A stretch of DNA of 64,000 nucleotides from Octopus sinensis (GCF_006345805.1 NC_043014.1:7440001-7504000); one strand, 5' to 3'; counted from the stretch's first letter, positions 13,451 through 26,795 are shown. Numbers and translations are program-made. Notes: a model not told the origin generated them from the letters alone.

Positions 13451-14851
13451 TTTAAAAGATATTGATAAATTAGCATTATATTTGATAAATATATTGGATT
13501 GAAATCATGTGGTACTGTTTTAAGATAAAAACTAAAGAAAAAAAAAAAGGGAAATTAATATTTAAAAGCAAATGTTTGTTGAGGGAGATTCAACTATTAT
13601 TTTGAGCAGGTTGAACAACTAAATACATATAAGGTCCCTAATTTGCTGGCTTACCTGTAGGGAATATGCTGAGGTGTGTGCATGTGTGGGGTGATGTTTC
13701 TATTTTAAATATTTAATTGACTTTTTTTCTCCCCCATTTTTTAAATTTTTGTTAATTAATGAAGTTAATTATAAAGGAAAAAAACGTGGCTTGCTCTATT
13801 GATTAATCTGTGTATGAACAAATGGTGGCCATGGTCGATGATGCTGGCGTTGTTGTTGGTGGTGGTGGTGATTGTGATTTTGTTTGTACTGGTGTTGTAT
13901 TAGTACAACAAAGGGACCAAACTCAAGAAGAACTTACCCACTAATTGATTAATTAAATCTGTCACTTAGTAGATACCAGTTTTGTTTTCTCTTTCTCTCT
14001 TTAACATCTCCCAGCTACCGTCCAAAAAAAAAACAAAAAAAAAAACAAGCCAATAAATATATAAAAGAAATAAAATAACCCAATCAGGGTCCAGCTCTCT
14101 CTCTCTCTCTTTCTCTCTTTCTCTTTCCCCTCTCTCTGAGGAATAAAATGAAATGTCATTAATTATTTGGTGTTGAAATTGCAATTAATCTTTTACAAGT
14201 TTCATAACGACCATTGCTAAGGCAGGGATTAAAAGAAATTAATTATATGGCAACTAATTAAATCATAATAATAAATTCTTAAATTAACACAAGACCAACA
14301 ATTAGCAGGAGAAAGGGGAATAGTTGATTGGTTTCAGTGTTGGACTCGCAATTAATAGGTGAGGGTTTCAATTCCCAGGCTGGGCAGTACATTGTATTTT
14401 TGAGCAAAATCCTTCATTTCACACTGTTCCTGTTCCCTCAAATGTAAACAAGTATCCACTATGGCTGGTAATCCTTTTCCCTGTGATGGACCGGCTCCCT
14501 CTCAGTCACATATAACCCAATGAAACTGGAATAAGCTTTGGTTTAATACACCTGTAAACACCTGAGATCTAAACTATCGCTGGTACCTATTTTATTTCTC
14601 TTACCCCTAAATGGTTAAAAAACAAGAATAAGCTTTGGTTCCAAACACCTGGGATCTAAACTATCACTGGTACCTATTTTATTTCTCTTACCCCTAAATG
14701 GTTAAAAAACAAGATCAGGACTTGAACTCAGAATATGGAAACCAAAATGCTATGTTTTTATATTGTTTCTGCCATTCTTAGCATTTTAGCACTTTCTGGT
14801 CATTGAAAGAACTTGAAAAATATGGTAAATGTTCTATTGGTATATCTTTGC

Positions 14852-15090
14852 ATTGAAGGCGGCGAGCTGGCAGAAACATTAGCACGCTGGGCGAAATGCT
14901 TAGCGGTATTTCGTCTGCCGCTGCGTTCTGAGTTCAAATTCTGCCGAGGTCGACTTTGCCTTTCATCCTTTCGGGGTCAAATAAATAAGTACCAGTTACA
15001 CACTGGAGATCGATGTAATCGACTTAATCCCCTTGTCTGTCTTTGTTTGTCCCCTCTATGTTTAGCCCCTTGTGGATAGTAAAGAAATAG
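14852..15090 (+). mobile_element. SINE family B monomer with TSD
   Basis: Flanked by direct repeat ggtatatctttgca. Other monomers or dimers at 15290-15625, 30708-30915, 32255-32660(-), 43620-43840 (TSD acatggttacccag) and 56110-56490(-). Confidence 0.75.
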
Positions 15091-16074
15091 GTATATCTTT
15101 GCACCATATATTAACCCTTTAGTGTTTAAACTGAGCATATCTGACCAAAATGTTCTGCCATGTTTTGCTTTCGAAGTGGCCAGATCTAGCCTCTCACACC
15201 AACCCTATATCATTCTATAAATTAACAGTTCAAGTTACGGCAGTACATATGTACTAGTTATGGCGGTACATATTCTAAAAAAATAGGTGGCGAGCTGGCA
15301 GAAACGTTAGCACGCCGGGCGAAATGCTTAGCAGTATTTCGTCTGCTGTTACGTTCTGAGTTCAAATTCCGCCGAGGTCGACTTTGCCTCATCCTTTCGG
15401 GCTCGATTAAATAAGTACCAGTTATACACTGGGGTCGATATAATCGACTTAATCCGTTTGTCTGTCCCCTCTGTGTTTAGTCCCTTGTGGGTAGTAAAGA
15501 AATAGGTGTTTCGTCTGCTGTTACGTTCTGAGTTCAAATTCCGCCAAGGTCGACTTTGCCTTTCATCCTTTCGGGGTCAATTAAATAAGTACCAGTTATG
15601 CACTGGGGTCGATATAATTGACTTAGGTACCATAGAACAAATTCTGATAGTGGTAAGAACGCCATGGAATAAATGGAAATGACGTTTTAGAATTAAGAGG
15701 TAAAATGGTAACCATGTCAATGAACAAAATGTGTTAGTGCTGTAGAGCAAGTTCTAAGAATGTCAGAACAATGGTAATATTGTAGAACAAGAGATAATGG
15801 CGCCAGTGTTGACGAATCTTTTAGAATAAATGGTAAAAGTGTTTTGCTGTAGAACAAGATGTTATAACATTGCTAGAAAGTGGTAGGAATATCACAGAAT
15901 AGTGGTAATTATGCCGTACTTTTAAGGTGGCGAGCTGGCAGAAATGTTAGCACGCCGGGTGAAATGCTTAGCAGTATTTCGTCTGCGTTACGTTGTGAGT
16001 TCAAATTCCGCCGAGGTCGACTTTGCCTTTCATCCTTTCGGGGTCGATAAATTAAGAATTTGTTGAAAATTTCA

Positions 16075-16450
16075 TTGAAAAAATATAACCATTTATATTT
16101 ATATAACGTTGCTGCCACAATCGTTTGTCCTGTTATTAATTCCTTCCTTTAGACTACTTTTTACTTCTATCCTACATTCTCTTTCGTTTATCATATCCTC
16201 TTTCTCTCTCTTCCTGCCTAAGTGTACCTTGTTCTCCACTGAAATGTGGCCGTGTTTGAACCTGGTAAAAGGCGTCAGCAGAAGTATCTTCAGTCTATCT
16301 TGAAGCAAAGCGATTTTTGAGGCTGCTACCCTGTGCTGCATGTAGGGGTAACACATGTCCACTGAATGGGTGTTGTAACATGGAGACTGTCATATATGAG
16401 GCAGAGGTTACAACCATAGGGCCAAATGCGAATGTATGTGGAAATCCACA
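16075..16450 (+). repeat. Local duplicate of 21690-22070 (junction plus start of the Penelope fragment)
   Basis: Near-identical ~380-bp blocks 5.6 kb apart. Confidence 0.85.
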
Positions 16451-16868
16451 ACACCATCTCTTCGGCATCTGAAACTCAGAGTTTTATCTTGACTATTGAG
16501 TAATGTAACATATTATTTTATAGATGAATTTCCTCTATTTGTTATCTTACCGTTTTTACCAATATATATATATATATATTATATAATATATATGTGTGTA
16601 TGAATATATTCTTTCATATGTTTCAGCCCTAAGGCTGTGGCCACACTGGGGCACCACTGGTGTAATCACTTTTTAATTGGTCATTTCTATGTGGTTGGCT
16701 TTTGGTGAAAGAAGGAGTTCAATACTGCTGCCCTCCTTTGAGTTTCCTGCCTTGATGTTGGTTTGTGTGGGATCTTGGATAGCAAAAGGTCGAGTTGTTT
16801 CTCGAAAACATCTACCCCCACTCCATGGAAATCCCTCATATGTTTTGGCAAGGCATTAAATAGCTGTA

Positions 16869-17239
16869 GGTCCTTGAATCCCAAGCTACATGGTCCTTGC
16901 CTTGAATCCCAAGCCACATGGTCCTTGCCTTGAATCCCAAGCTACATGGTCCTTGTCTTGAATCCCAAGCTACATGGTCCTTGCCTTGAATCCCAAGCTA
17001 CATGGTCCTTGCCTTGAATCCCAAGCTACATGGTCCTTGCCTTGAATCCCAAGCTACATGGTCCTTGCCTTGAATCCCAAGCTACATGGTCCTTGCCTTG
17101 AATCCCAAGCTACATGGTCCTTGCCTTGAATCCCAAGCCACATGGTCCTTGCCTTGAATCCCAAGCCACATGGTCCTTGCCTTGAATCCAAAGCTACATG
17201 GTCCTTGCTTTGAATCCCAAGCTACATGGTCCTTGCCTT
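16869..17239. repeat. 28-bp minisatellite (about 13 copies) inside the LINE
   Basis: Unit ggtccttgccttgaatcccaagctacat. Confidence 0.9.
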
Positions 17240-18090
17240 AGATAGGACTTTTGGAATAGTGCAGTGATGTCCAATTTGAGGACTCTTATAACTCTCAATT
17301 CCAACATTTGGTGCCAACCTCTCCAGTATCTTCCACACATGTATCACTGCATATCTCTCCCATCTTTGTTCCAGGGAGTAGAATCATAGCGCAACTGTTC
17401 CATTGATGCAATCTTCCTTGTGTAGCATCGCTCAACTGCCTCAAGTTCAGATATTAATCCTACACTGTAAAGTGACCGCAGCTGAGAGCAGTAGTCCAGG
17501 TGGCTGGAGACAAATGTCATCCATAAGACCAGCATAGTTTCCTGGTCCCTTGTTCTGAAGGTTCTCAGAATCCATCCGGCCATTCACCTGTACACTGCCA
17601 CTATTTTGGTTATATGCATGTGAAATGAGGCATCGTTGCTCACGTCAGTCCCAACATCACGCACCATTTGTGATTCTGGGATTGCTGCTCTTTTCGGTCC
17701 AAAGTATCTTTGTTGTGACTTCTGAGCACCAATTAGCTGGTAGTGGAGGGCTTGGAATTTGCCTGCATTAAATTGCATGTTCTTGTCCTCAGCCCATTTA
17801 TATATTGTATCGAGGTCTTTCTGTTGAAGATTAGCATCAGAAGGTTCCTTGACTGCTTCTACTGCTTTTGTGTCATCGACATAGCTAGTGAGTGTGGGTG
17901 TCTATGCAAGTGATGGCATGTCTGAAAGAGCCACCATGAACAACAGCGGCCCCAATGCAGTTCCCTGAGGCACTCCACTCTCTATTACTGTCTCCGTGGA
18001 GAGGACTCCGTTGCTTGCTCCAGGCTGTCTTATCTTTTAAGAAGTCATGCAACCACTCTCCGATGCTCCCAGTTATGCCGAGTCTCCGTA

Positions 18091-18329
18091 GTTTACTCTC
18101 TTTACTCTTTTACTTGTTTCAGTCATTTGACTGCGGCCATGCTGGAGCACCGCCTTTAGTCAAGCAAATCGATCCCAGGACTTATTCTTTGTAAGCCCAG
18201 TACTTATTCTATCGGTCTCTTTTGCCGAACCGATAAGTAACGGGGACGTAAACACACCAGCATCGGTTGTCAAGCAATGCTAGGGGGACAAACACAGACA
18301 CACAAACACACACACACATACATATATAT

Positions 18330-18376
<47 letters not shown>

Positions 18377-18540
18377 TATGACAGGCTTCTTTCAGTTTCC
18401 GTCTACCAAATCCACTCACAAGGCATTGGTCGGCCCGGGGCTATAGCAGAAGACACTTGCCCAAGGTGCCACGCAGTGGGACTGAACCCGGAACCATGTG
18501 GTTGGTTAGCAAGCTACTTACCACACAGCCACTCCTGCGC
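18091..18540 (-). mobile_element. SINE family A inserted into the CR1-like LINE
   Basis: Splits LINE codons HKLRR|LGI; near-duplicated flanks cgtagttt / cgcagctt. Confidence 0.8.
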
Positions 18541-19084
18541 AGCTTGTGACATATCATCCCATGATCAACTGTATCAAAGGCCTTTGCAAAATTGAGATAT
18601 ATCACATCCATGTTTGAGTAATTCTTTAATTGTTTCAATACCCAGTCATAGTGCTGCAAAAGCTGTGTGAGGCAGCTTCTTCCTGAGCGAAAGCCATGCT
18701 GGGGCTCAGGAAGCATGTCATTATCTTCAAGGGACACCATTAGTTTATATTTTTATACATATATATCACTGTGACCGGCCAGGCTATCAGATGTTGCTAC
18801 ACATTGCTGGTCACAATGCGCTTTGCATTGTTTTTTTAGCCTTCAAATGACGCCACACCGTCGGCTAAGCGAGCAGGCCAACAGAAGAAAGAGTGAGAGA
18901 AAGTTGTGGCGAAAGAGTACAGCAGGGATCGCCACCACCCCCTGCTGGAGCCTCGTGGAGCTTTAGGTGTTTTCGCTCAATAAACACTCACAACGCCCGG
19001 CCTGGGAATCGAAACCGCGATCCTACGACCGCGAGTCTGCTACTGTAAATGATATTAAAAATATTTTAGAAATTTATAATCAGT

Positions 19085-19310
19085 CACTATGTATTGACTA
19101 AAGTAAATAGTCTAATATTGGGGCATATAAACCCTCGCCACAGAAAAGTAGGGTCTACTGTACACATGGGACTGCTACTCATGCCTTTATGTATTTGCAA
19201 ATACATAGATGTGTGGGCTCATATCCTATGCATTCAGCAGGCCCTACTTTTTCCCATTGAGGGCTTATATGCCTCTATATTAGACTGTTTACCTTAGTCA
19301 ATGTACTGTG
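19085..19310. mobile_element. Degenerate MITE with ~50-bp TIRs
   Basis: cactatgtattgactaaagtaaatagtctaata... versus ...tattagactgtttaccttagtcaatgtactgtg; no clear TSD. Confidence 0.55.
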
Positions 19311-19630
19311 ATCCCTTATAAGCTTTAAGCTTATAAAATATTATTTGCAGATTGTTAAATTCGGGACTCATTACCAGTAAATTGCTGAAATAACACACAC
19401 ATACACACACACACACATATATATATATATGTGTATATATATATGTATATATATGTGTATATATATATCTGTATATATATGTGAATATATATATGTGTAT
19501 ATATATATATCTGTATATATATATGTATATATATTTGTATATATATATGTATATATATATGTGTGTGTACTGTTTCATGATGGGAAGATCAACAAAAAAA
19601 GTACTCCACTTGGTGATAGATAAATATTAC

Positions 19631-19787
19631 TTAATAGACACTATATGTGTTTTTATGTGCTACTAATAGTTTCTTATGCTGAGAACATGCCAAATGTTGT
19701 GATGTTATGCATGTTATAATTCATTAATTGGCATGTTCTCAGCATAAGAAACTATTAGTAGCACATAACATGTACTATGTCTATTAA
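19631..19787. repeat. Inverted repeat with perfect 41-bp arms
   Basis: Arms 19653-19693 and 19728-19768, 34-nt spacer; outer ttaatagaca/tgtctattaa. Confidence 0.9.
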
Positions 19788-20304
19788 ATTATATATATAT
19801 ATACATATACATATACACTTCTACCTAAATTTGTGGCCTTGTACCATAGTTTCATATAGAAAACTAGTGTCACTGATCAGGGCGTAGACGTACGATGACA
19901 TTTTCGTAACACTTATAATAAATACCAAAATGAAATAAAACGGAAGTCAATACTAACAGCATGTGTTGTTTTGTTTTCTTCTTTTACTGGTTCCAGTCAT
20001 TGGCTGCACGATCATGCTGGAGCACCAACTGCTAGTGATGTTTACTTATTCAAAGCATAACCTGTACAAGTGTGCTTGCTCCTCCAGAATTTGTTTCCTC
20101 ATAACTTTGATAAAAACGGACATTTTTAAGGAAATTTTGCTACGTTAAAAGTGCCCAGTATACACTGTAATATGGCTGGAGTTTAAAAAAAGGGGTGGTC
20201 CAGCTGTGGAAATGAAGCCAAACCAGACCGGCACCTTGTGCAGTTCTCCTGCTTGCAATCTTTGGTCAAACCAGCCAATCCATGCCAGCATGGAAAACGG
20301 ATAC

Positions 20305-20715
20305 TCTTTGCTCTTTTACTCTTTTACTTGTTTCAGTCATTTGACTGCGGCCATGCTGGAGCACCGCCTTTAATCGAGCAACTCGACCCCGAGACTTATT
20401 CTTTGTAAGCCCAGTACTTATTCTATCGGTCTCTTTTTTGCCGAACCGCTAGTTGACGGGGACATAAACACACCAGCATCGGTTGTCAAGCAATGCTAGG
20501 GGAACAAACACACAGACATACACGCACACACACATATATATATACATATATACGACGGGCTTCTTTCAGTTTCCGTCTACCAAATCCACTCACAATTCTT
20601 TGGTCGGCCCAAAGCTATAGTAGAAGACACATGCCCAAGGTGCCACGCAGTGGGACTGAACCTGGAACCATGTGGTTGGTAAACAAGCTACTTACCACAC
20701 AGCCACTCCTGCGCC
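20305..20715 (-). mobile_element. SINE family A
   Basis: Full structure. Confidence 0.8.
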
Positions 20716-21144
20716 TATGTTACTTTTTACAAGTACTTTTCAGATTGTATAGATTCCGATTATTTTGGAATTTGTTGAAAATCTTTTTGAAGGAGAGGTG
20801 AGAGAAATTTTGGATAATTCACATACCCTCATTTTGTCTCCTTTTAACTTTCAGTAAAATGAATGTTTTTTAATGAAATTTTCTACAAATAAGATTCAGA
20901 GAGTGTAGATTCCACTATATATATCCAAATTTGTGGTGAAATTATTTTCAGAGATGGGGGAGGGGTTTCGGATAATTCAAATATGTCAACTTTGTTACCC
21001 TCATAACTTTTAGAAAAATGGATGTTTTTAATTGAAATTTTCTACAAATACCCTTCAGAAAATGTATATTACAATTATTTTGGAATTTAATGTGGCAAAA
21101 CAAAAAATGAAAAATTGGTGGGTACACTCATATATACTGCCACA

Positions 21145-21528
21145 GTGGAGGCGCAATGGCCCAGTGGTTATGGCAGCGGACTCGCGGTCATAGGATCGCG
21201 GTTTCGATTCCCAGACCGGGCGTTGTGAGTGTTTATTGAGCGAAAACACCTAAAAGCTCCACGAGGCTCTGGCAGGGGATGGTGGTGATCCCTGCTGTAC
21301 TCTTTCACCACAACTTTCTCTCACTCTTACTTCCTGTTTCTGTTGTACCTGTATTTCAAGGGGCCGGCCTTGTCACTCTCTGTGTCACGCTGAATACCCC
21401 CGAGAACTACGTTAAGGGTGCACATGTCTGTGGAGTGCTCAGCCACTTACACGTTAATTTCATGAGCAGGCTGTTCCGTTGATCGGATCAACCAGAACCC
21501 TCATCGTCGTAACCGACGGAGTGCTTCC
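21145..21528 (+). mobile_element. tRNA SINE family C with 13-bp TSD
   Basis: A box tggcccagtgg, B box gtttcgattcc; TSD atatactgccaca at 21132-21144 and 21529-21541. Other copies at 9786-10165(-) and 18870-19040(-). Confidence 0.82.
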
Positions 21529-21959
21529 ATATACTGCCACACATCACATATATATCTATAAAATGAAATTTGAAATTTTGAAAAAATATGTGATATGTAT
21601 GTGGGTGTATATGCCCGCCATTTTTTTTTCACCTGAAATTCTGGTAGAACCAGAATCTATACTCTATGATAGGAATTTGTAGAAACTTTCATTGAAAAAA
21701 TATAACCATTTATATTTATATAACGTTGCTGCCACAATCGTTTGTCCTGTTATTAATTCCTTCCTTTAGACTACTTTTTACTTCTATCCTACATTCTCTT
21801 TCGTTTATCATATCCTCTTTCTCTCTCTCTCTCTCTCTCTCTCTGTCTAAGTGTACCTTGTTCTCCACTGAAATGTGGCCATGTTTGAACCTGGTAAAAG
21901 ACATCAGCAGAAGTCTCTTCAGTCTATCTTGAAGCAAAGGTATTTTTGAGGCTGCTGCC

Positions 21960-23034
21960 CTGTGCTACATGTAGGGGGTAATACATGTCCACTGAATGGG
22001 TGTTGTAACATGGAGACTGTCATATATGAGGCAGAGGTTACAACCATAGGGCCAAATGCGATTGTATGTGGGAGCAACTGAAGGCCCCTTCAGGATCCTC
22101 TATAAAAACCACACGTCCTCCTTCAACATCCTAGAGAGACATAACACCACAACCTGACCAAGCACGTTTGGTCTTTGAAAGAAGGTGCCACCGAGTTCAG
22201 CATAAAGTGGAAGATTCTAGAGAAGTGTAAACTATACTTCAATAGCAACAGGAAGTGCAGGTTATGCCTGGCTGAGAAAAGAGCGATTTTAAAGATCACC
22301 CAGCAACCAGGCATTTACCTGAATGGCAGAAGCGAAATTTTTAACCCTTGCCCACACGAAGGGAAGTACATCCTATCATACTTGCCTGTCCCATCATGAC
22401 TATAATTGCCAGCCCTCCAGCTCTGGCCCTCCACCAATATCTATCATGGAGTCTGGTAAAGAGTTTGGCCAGAACATACACTAATGCATCCACGAACAAG
22501 CACGTATGCCCCAACATGGCAGACACCTACCCCAGGGACTGTTTCCCCCCCTCCCACTCCAATATAAACTCCCATATGTTGTGAAATATAAAATATTGTA
22601 TCCCTACACTCACTGCATGCACACATAAAGACCCCACGAACTTAACCAATGGATGTTTATGCCTACACCCCTGCAAAGGTTATGCATATAGTACCACTAC
22701 ACAAATTCCATTTCCACAAGAGCACCAACCTTAAGGACACATACATTTCCCACAAACTTTTCCAGAAAACTCTTACTGACTTGCAACACAACCACCCCCG
22801 CCCAATGGCTATGTTTTGGTACCAAGAAACATAACCCTTAACCCAATCCCCTACTCGTTTCATTTCATCATCTTTTTTACAGCAGCCACAAACCAGATGT
22901 GTCTATTCACCTCCAACGCTAGAAAGTAGTGGCCATATTTCATTCCAAAACGGCTACCTCTGATGAGTGCAGGGTTACATAATCGGATTGTTACCTAACA
23001 CTCCATTGAATCCCTAGTGCGAAACTGATCAGTA
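21960..23034 (+). mobile_element. Penelope-like element 3' part (GIY-YIG endonuclease remnant and 3' region)
   Basis: CRGGNTCPLNGCCNMETVIYEAEVTT..YVGATEGPFRILYKNHTSSF...KHVWSLKEGATEFSIKWKILEKC..CRLCLAEKRAI..LNGRSEIFNPCPH, with frameshifts; hammerhead-like core at 22960-23034. Confidence 0.8.
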
Positions 23035-23295
23035 AAATCGACTAATGGATATATAATACTGTACACTTCGGATAATACACCCAATCTATTGACAGATATA
23101 CGAGTGCATTCTTTTCCTGACTTATGGTCGCTTAGATGACTTACACAGACACACACACACAGACACACACACACACACACGTTACTTTTTACTTGTTTCA
23201 GTCATTAGACCGTGGCCATGCTGGGATGGCATAGCAAAGTAAACACTATCAAAAAACACACACTGTGTATGTATATATATGTAAATGTGTACATA

Positions 23296-23722
23296 GGCGC
23301 AGGAGTGGCTGTGTGGTAAGTAGCTTGCTAACCAACCACATGGTTCCGGGTTCAGTCCCACTGCGTGGCATCTTGGGCAAGTGTCTTCTGCTATAGCCTC
23401 GGGCCGACCAATGCCTTGTGAGTGGATTTGGTAGACGGAAACTGAAAGAAGCCCGTCGTATATATGAATATATATATATGTATGTGTGTTTGTGTGTCTG
23501 TGTGTCTGTGTTTGTCCCCCTAGCATTGCTTGACAACTGATGCTGGTGTGTTTACGTCCCCGTCACTTAGCGGTTCGGCAAAAAGAGACTGATAGAATAA
23601 GTACTAGGCTTACAAAGAATAAGTCCTGGGGGGTCGATTTGATCGACTAAAGGCAGTGCTCCAGCATGGCCGCAGTCAAATGACTGAAACAAGTAAAAGA
23701 GTAAAAGAGTAAAAGAGTAAAG
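23296..23722 (+). mobile_element. SINE family A
   Basis: Full structure with (gtaaaaga)n tail. Confidence 0.8.
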
Positions 23723-23977
23723 AGAAAGAGTATGTGTGTGTATACGCGCGTACGCATGTGTATGTGTCTGTGTGTGTGTGTGTGTGTATGTGTGTGTGGT
23801 GTGTGTGTGTGTGTATCATAATACTCACGAAACCAAAGGCTGATATTTTGAATGTGTTTCATACACGTGTTTCTGATAGTTATGTAAGATAAACCTTAGA
23901 TAATATATTATCTGCTTTAATGTACATATGATGGTGTTGACGATGACGACGACGACGACAACGACGACGACGACAAC

Positions 23978-24018
<41 letters not shown>

Positions 24019-24229
24019 CGATATGCCCATCGATGATAAAAAGCACCTGTAAAGGTGTCAATACAGTAGGATCAGACTGATGAGCTACAAGTTTCTGATA
24101 GCAAACTTAATGGGCGGCAATACAATGAAATGGTATTAAGAGTACAAGAAATGATTAAATACTGAGAGTAACTGGGGGAGGGGGGGCACCGCACCCCCCC
24201 CCCGCAGTACCTGTTCCTTGTGACCTTTG

Positions 24230-25030
24230 TTACAACATTGGTGGTTGTGTTGATACGGGTAGCAGTAGTAGTAGTAGTAGTAGTAGTGGTGTTAGTAGTA
24301 GTAGTAGTGGTGGTGGTGGTGGTTGTAGTAGTAGTAGTAGTAGTGGTGGTGTTAGTAGTAGTAGTGGTGGTGGTGGTTGTAGTAGTAGTGGTGGTGGTGG
24401 TGGTGGTGGTGGTGGTGGAGGAGACGGTGTACTGGAGATGGTGGTGGAGGTGGGGGAGGTGGGGGAAGTGATGGCAGTGGTGGTGGTGGTAGTGATAGGG
24501 GTAGTGGTAGTAGTAGTAGTAGTAGTATGGCAGAGTGAGTTATGGTAAATAGGATGGTGGGTGGGGGTGGGGGTGATGGCAGTGGTGGGGGTAGTAGAAG
24601 TAGTGTAGTAGGAGGAGTGAGTTATGGCAAATAGGATGGTGGGTGGGGGTGGGGGTGATGGCAGTGGTGGGGGTAGTAGAAGTAGTAGTAGGGAAGAGTG
24701 AGTTATGGCAAATAGGATGGTGGGTGGGGGTGGGGGTGATGGCAGTGGTGGGGGTAGTAGAAGTAGTAGTAGGGAAGAGTGAGTTATGGCAAATAGGATG
24801 GTGGGTGGGGGTGGTGGCGGCAGTGGAGGTGGAGGAGGTGGTGGAAGTGATGGCAGTGGTGGTGGTGGTGGTTGTGATAGGGGTAGTGGTAGTAGTAGAA
24901 GCAGTAGTAGTAGTAGTAGTAGTACGGAGGGGTGAATTATAGAAAATAGGATGGTGGATAAGTTGGTGATGGTGGAGGTGGTGATGGAGGTGGTGGAGTG
25001 GGGCTGATTGAAGAGGGTTCTCAAGAGTGT
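24230..25030. repeat. G-rich (GGT/AGT)n block with ~70-bp minisatellite
   Basis: gagtgagttatggcaaataggatggtgggtgggggtgggggtgatggcagtggtgggggtagtagaagtag repeated 4-5 times. Confidence 0.85.
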
Positions 25031-25205
25031 TATGAATAGCAAAGAAAATAGGGTAAGGAGAATCTTTTGGTTCCTGATAAGGTCTGTAGATCTGTTTGTT
25101 TCACTGTCTGTCTGTTTGTCTGTGTTACTTTGATCTCTGCTCTATAGTCTATCTCCTCCTCTTCCTCCTCCTCCTCCTCCTCCCCCCATTCTTTTACACA
25201 TACAT

Positions 25206-25240
<35 letters not shown>

Positions 25241-25990
25241 GATGTGTGTGCACAAGGATGACACACAAATGGTAAATTCGTGAAGCATTCCATATTTTTC
25301 TAATAGTCACAGGGAGTGGCTGTGTGGTAAGTAGCTTGCTTACCAACCACATGGTTCCGGGTTCAGTCCCACTGCGTGGCACCTCGGACAAGTGTCTTCT
25401 TCCATAACCTCAGGCCAACCAAAAGCCCTGTGAGTAGATTCGGTAGATGGAAACTGAAAGAAGCCCATTGTATATGTGGGGAGGGGGTGGATGTGGGGGG
25501 GTTGTGTTTGTCCCTCCACCATCGCTTGACAACCAATGTCAGTATGTTTACATCCCTGTGCCTTAGCGGTTCAGCAAAAAGAGACTGAAAGAATAAGAAA
25601 CTGCCAGGTTTACAAAGAGTAAGTCCTGGGGCCGATTTGTTCAACCAAGGGTGGGGCTCCAGCATGGCCGCAGCCAAATAACTGAAAGGATAAAAGAATA
25701 TCGGTGCAGGCATGGGTGTGAGGTAAGAAGCTTGCTTCCCAACCACATGGTTTCGGGTTCAGTCCCGTTTCGTGACACCTTGGACAATTGTTTTCTACGA
25801 TGGCTTGGTAGGGAACTTTCTAGGTGAAATCCCATGGTCATTCATGACCGAAGTGGGTCTTTACCTTTTTTTAGTCCAGAAGAACAGAGGCTATTGTAGT
25901 AGCCGTAGAAGAAGGAAGGGAGAGGACACAGCGCATCAGTGAGCCAGTGGTTTTAGTGAGTGAGTTGATAAGGAAATCTTCACTAATGGT

Positions 25991-26400
25991 GCAGGAGTGG
26001 CTGTGTGGTAAGTAGCTTGCTAACCAACCACATGGTTCCGGGTTCAGTCCCACTGCGTGGCATCTTGGGCAAGTGTCTTCTGCTATAGCCTCGGGCCGAC
26101 CAATGCCTTGTGAGTGGATTTGGTAGACGAAAACTGAAAGAAGCCTGTCGTATATATGTATATATATATATGTGTGTGTGTTTATGCTTGTGTGTCTGTG
26201 TTTGTCCCCCCCCCAACATCACTTGACAACTGATGCTGGTGTGTTTACGTCCCCGTCACTTAGCGGTTCGGCAAAAGAGACCAATAGAATAAGTACTGGG
26301 CTTACAAAGAATAAGTCCCGGGGTCGATTTGATCGGCTAAAGGCGGTGCTCCAGCATGGCCGCAGTCAAATGACTGAAACAAGTAAAAGAGTAAAAGAGA
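25991..26400 (+). mobile_element. SINE family A
   Basis: Full structure; an older diverged copy lies at 25312-25700. Confidence 0.8.
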
Positions 26401-26510
26401 GAGAGAGTAATGAAATCAGTTTCTCAATGATTTTTTTGCCTGGACCCCTTTGCTTATTAGTTCACTCAGATGGCCCTTCCTAGCTGTTTCATGTTTTAAA
26501 AAAATCATAT

Positions 26511-26782
26511 AGTTCTATATTCAAGAGATGAGGAATTATGTACATTATTTACATTATTTACATTTGACGGATATTTGTCCTCATCTTGTTTGTTGTTAAC
26601 ACAAAGTTTCGGCTGATATACCCTCCAGCCTTCATCAGGTGTCCTGGGGAAATTTCGAACTTGGGTTCTCATTCCTAAGGTATTTTTCGATGTTGTTGTT
26701 TGTTATTATTATTATTATTATTCAGGTCACTGCCTGGAATCGAACTCAGAATCTTGTGGTTAGTAGCCCACGCTCTTAACCA
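26511..26782 (-). mobile_element. tRNA-headed SINE with hammerhead motif (family E), copy 1
   Basis: Reverse copy: tRNA-like head, (AAT)n, then cacCTGATGAaggctggagggtatatcagccGAAActttgtg. Confidence 0.75.
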
Positions 26783-26795
26783 TTTTTTCTCACGA

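Larger units (their letters stand above)
16660..18740 (-). mobile_element. Decayed CR1/L2-like LINE (RT and C-terminus)
   Basis: QHGFRSGRSCLTQLL...DVIYLNFAKAFDTVDHGMICHKLRR, MQFNAGKFQALH, FVSSHLDYCSQL and QLFNALPKHMRD; stops and frameshifts; interrupted by a SINE. Confidence 0.85.

Noticed and set aside
13815-13905. Short hydrophobic ORF MNKWWPWSMMLALLLVVVVIVILFVLVLY*
   Set aside because: Derived from (GTT/GGT)n low complexity; no other support.
14530-14715. ~87-bp direct duplication after an old SINE remnant
   Set aside because: Simple local tandem duplication with no coding or structural signal.
24077-24107. CTGATGA-GCTA...TAGC-AAAC hammerhead-like string (similar ctgatga repeats at 59050-59110)
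   Set aside because: G12 is missing and helices I and III cannot be formed.
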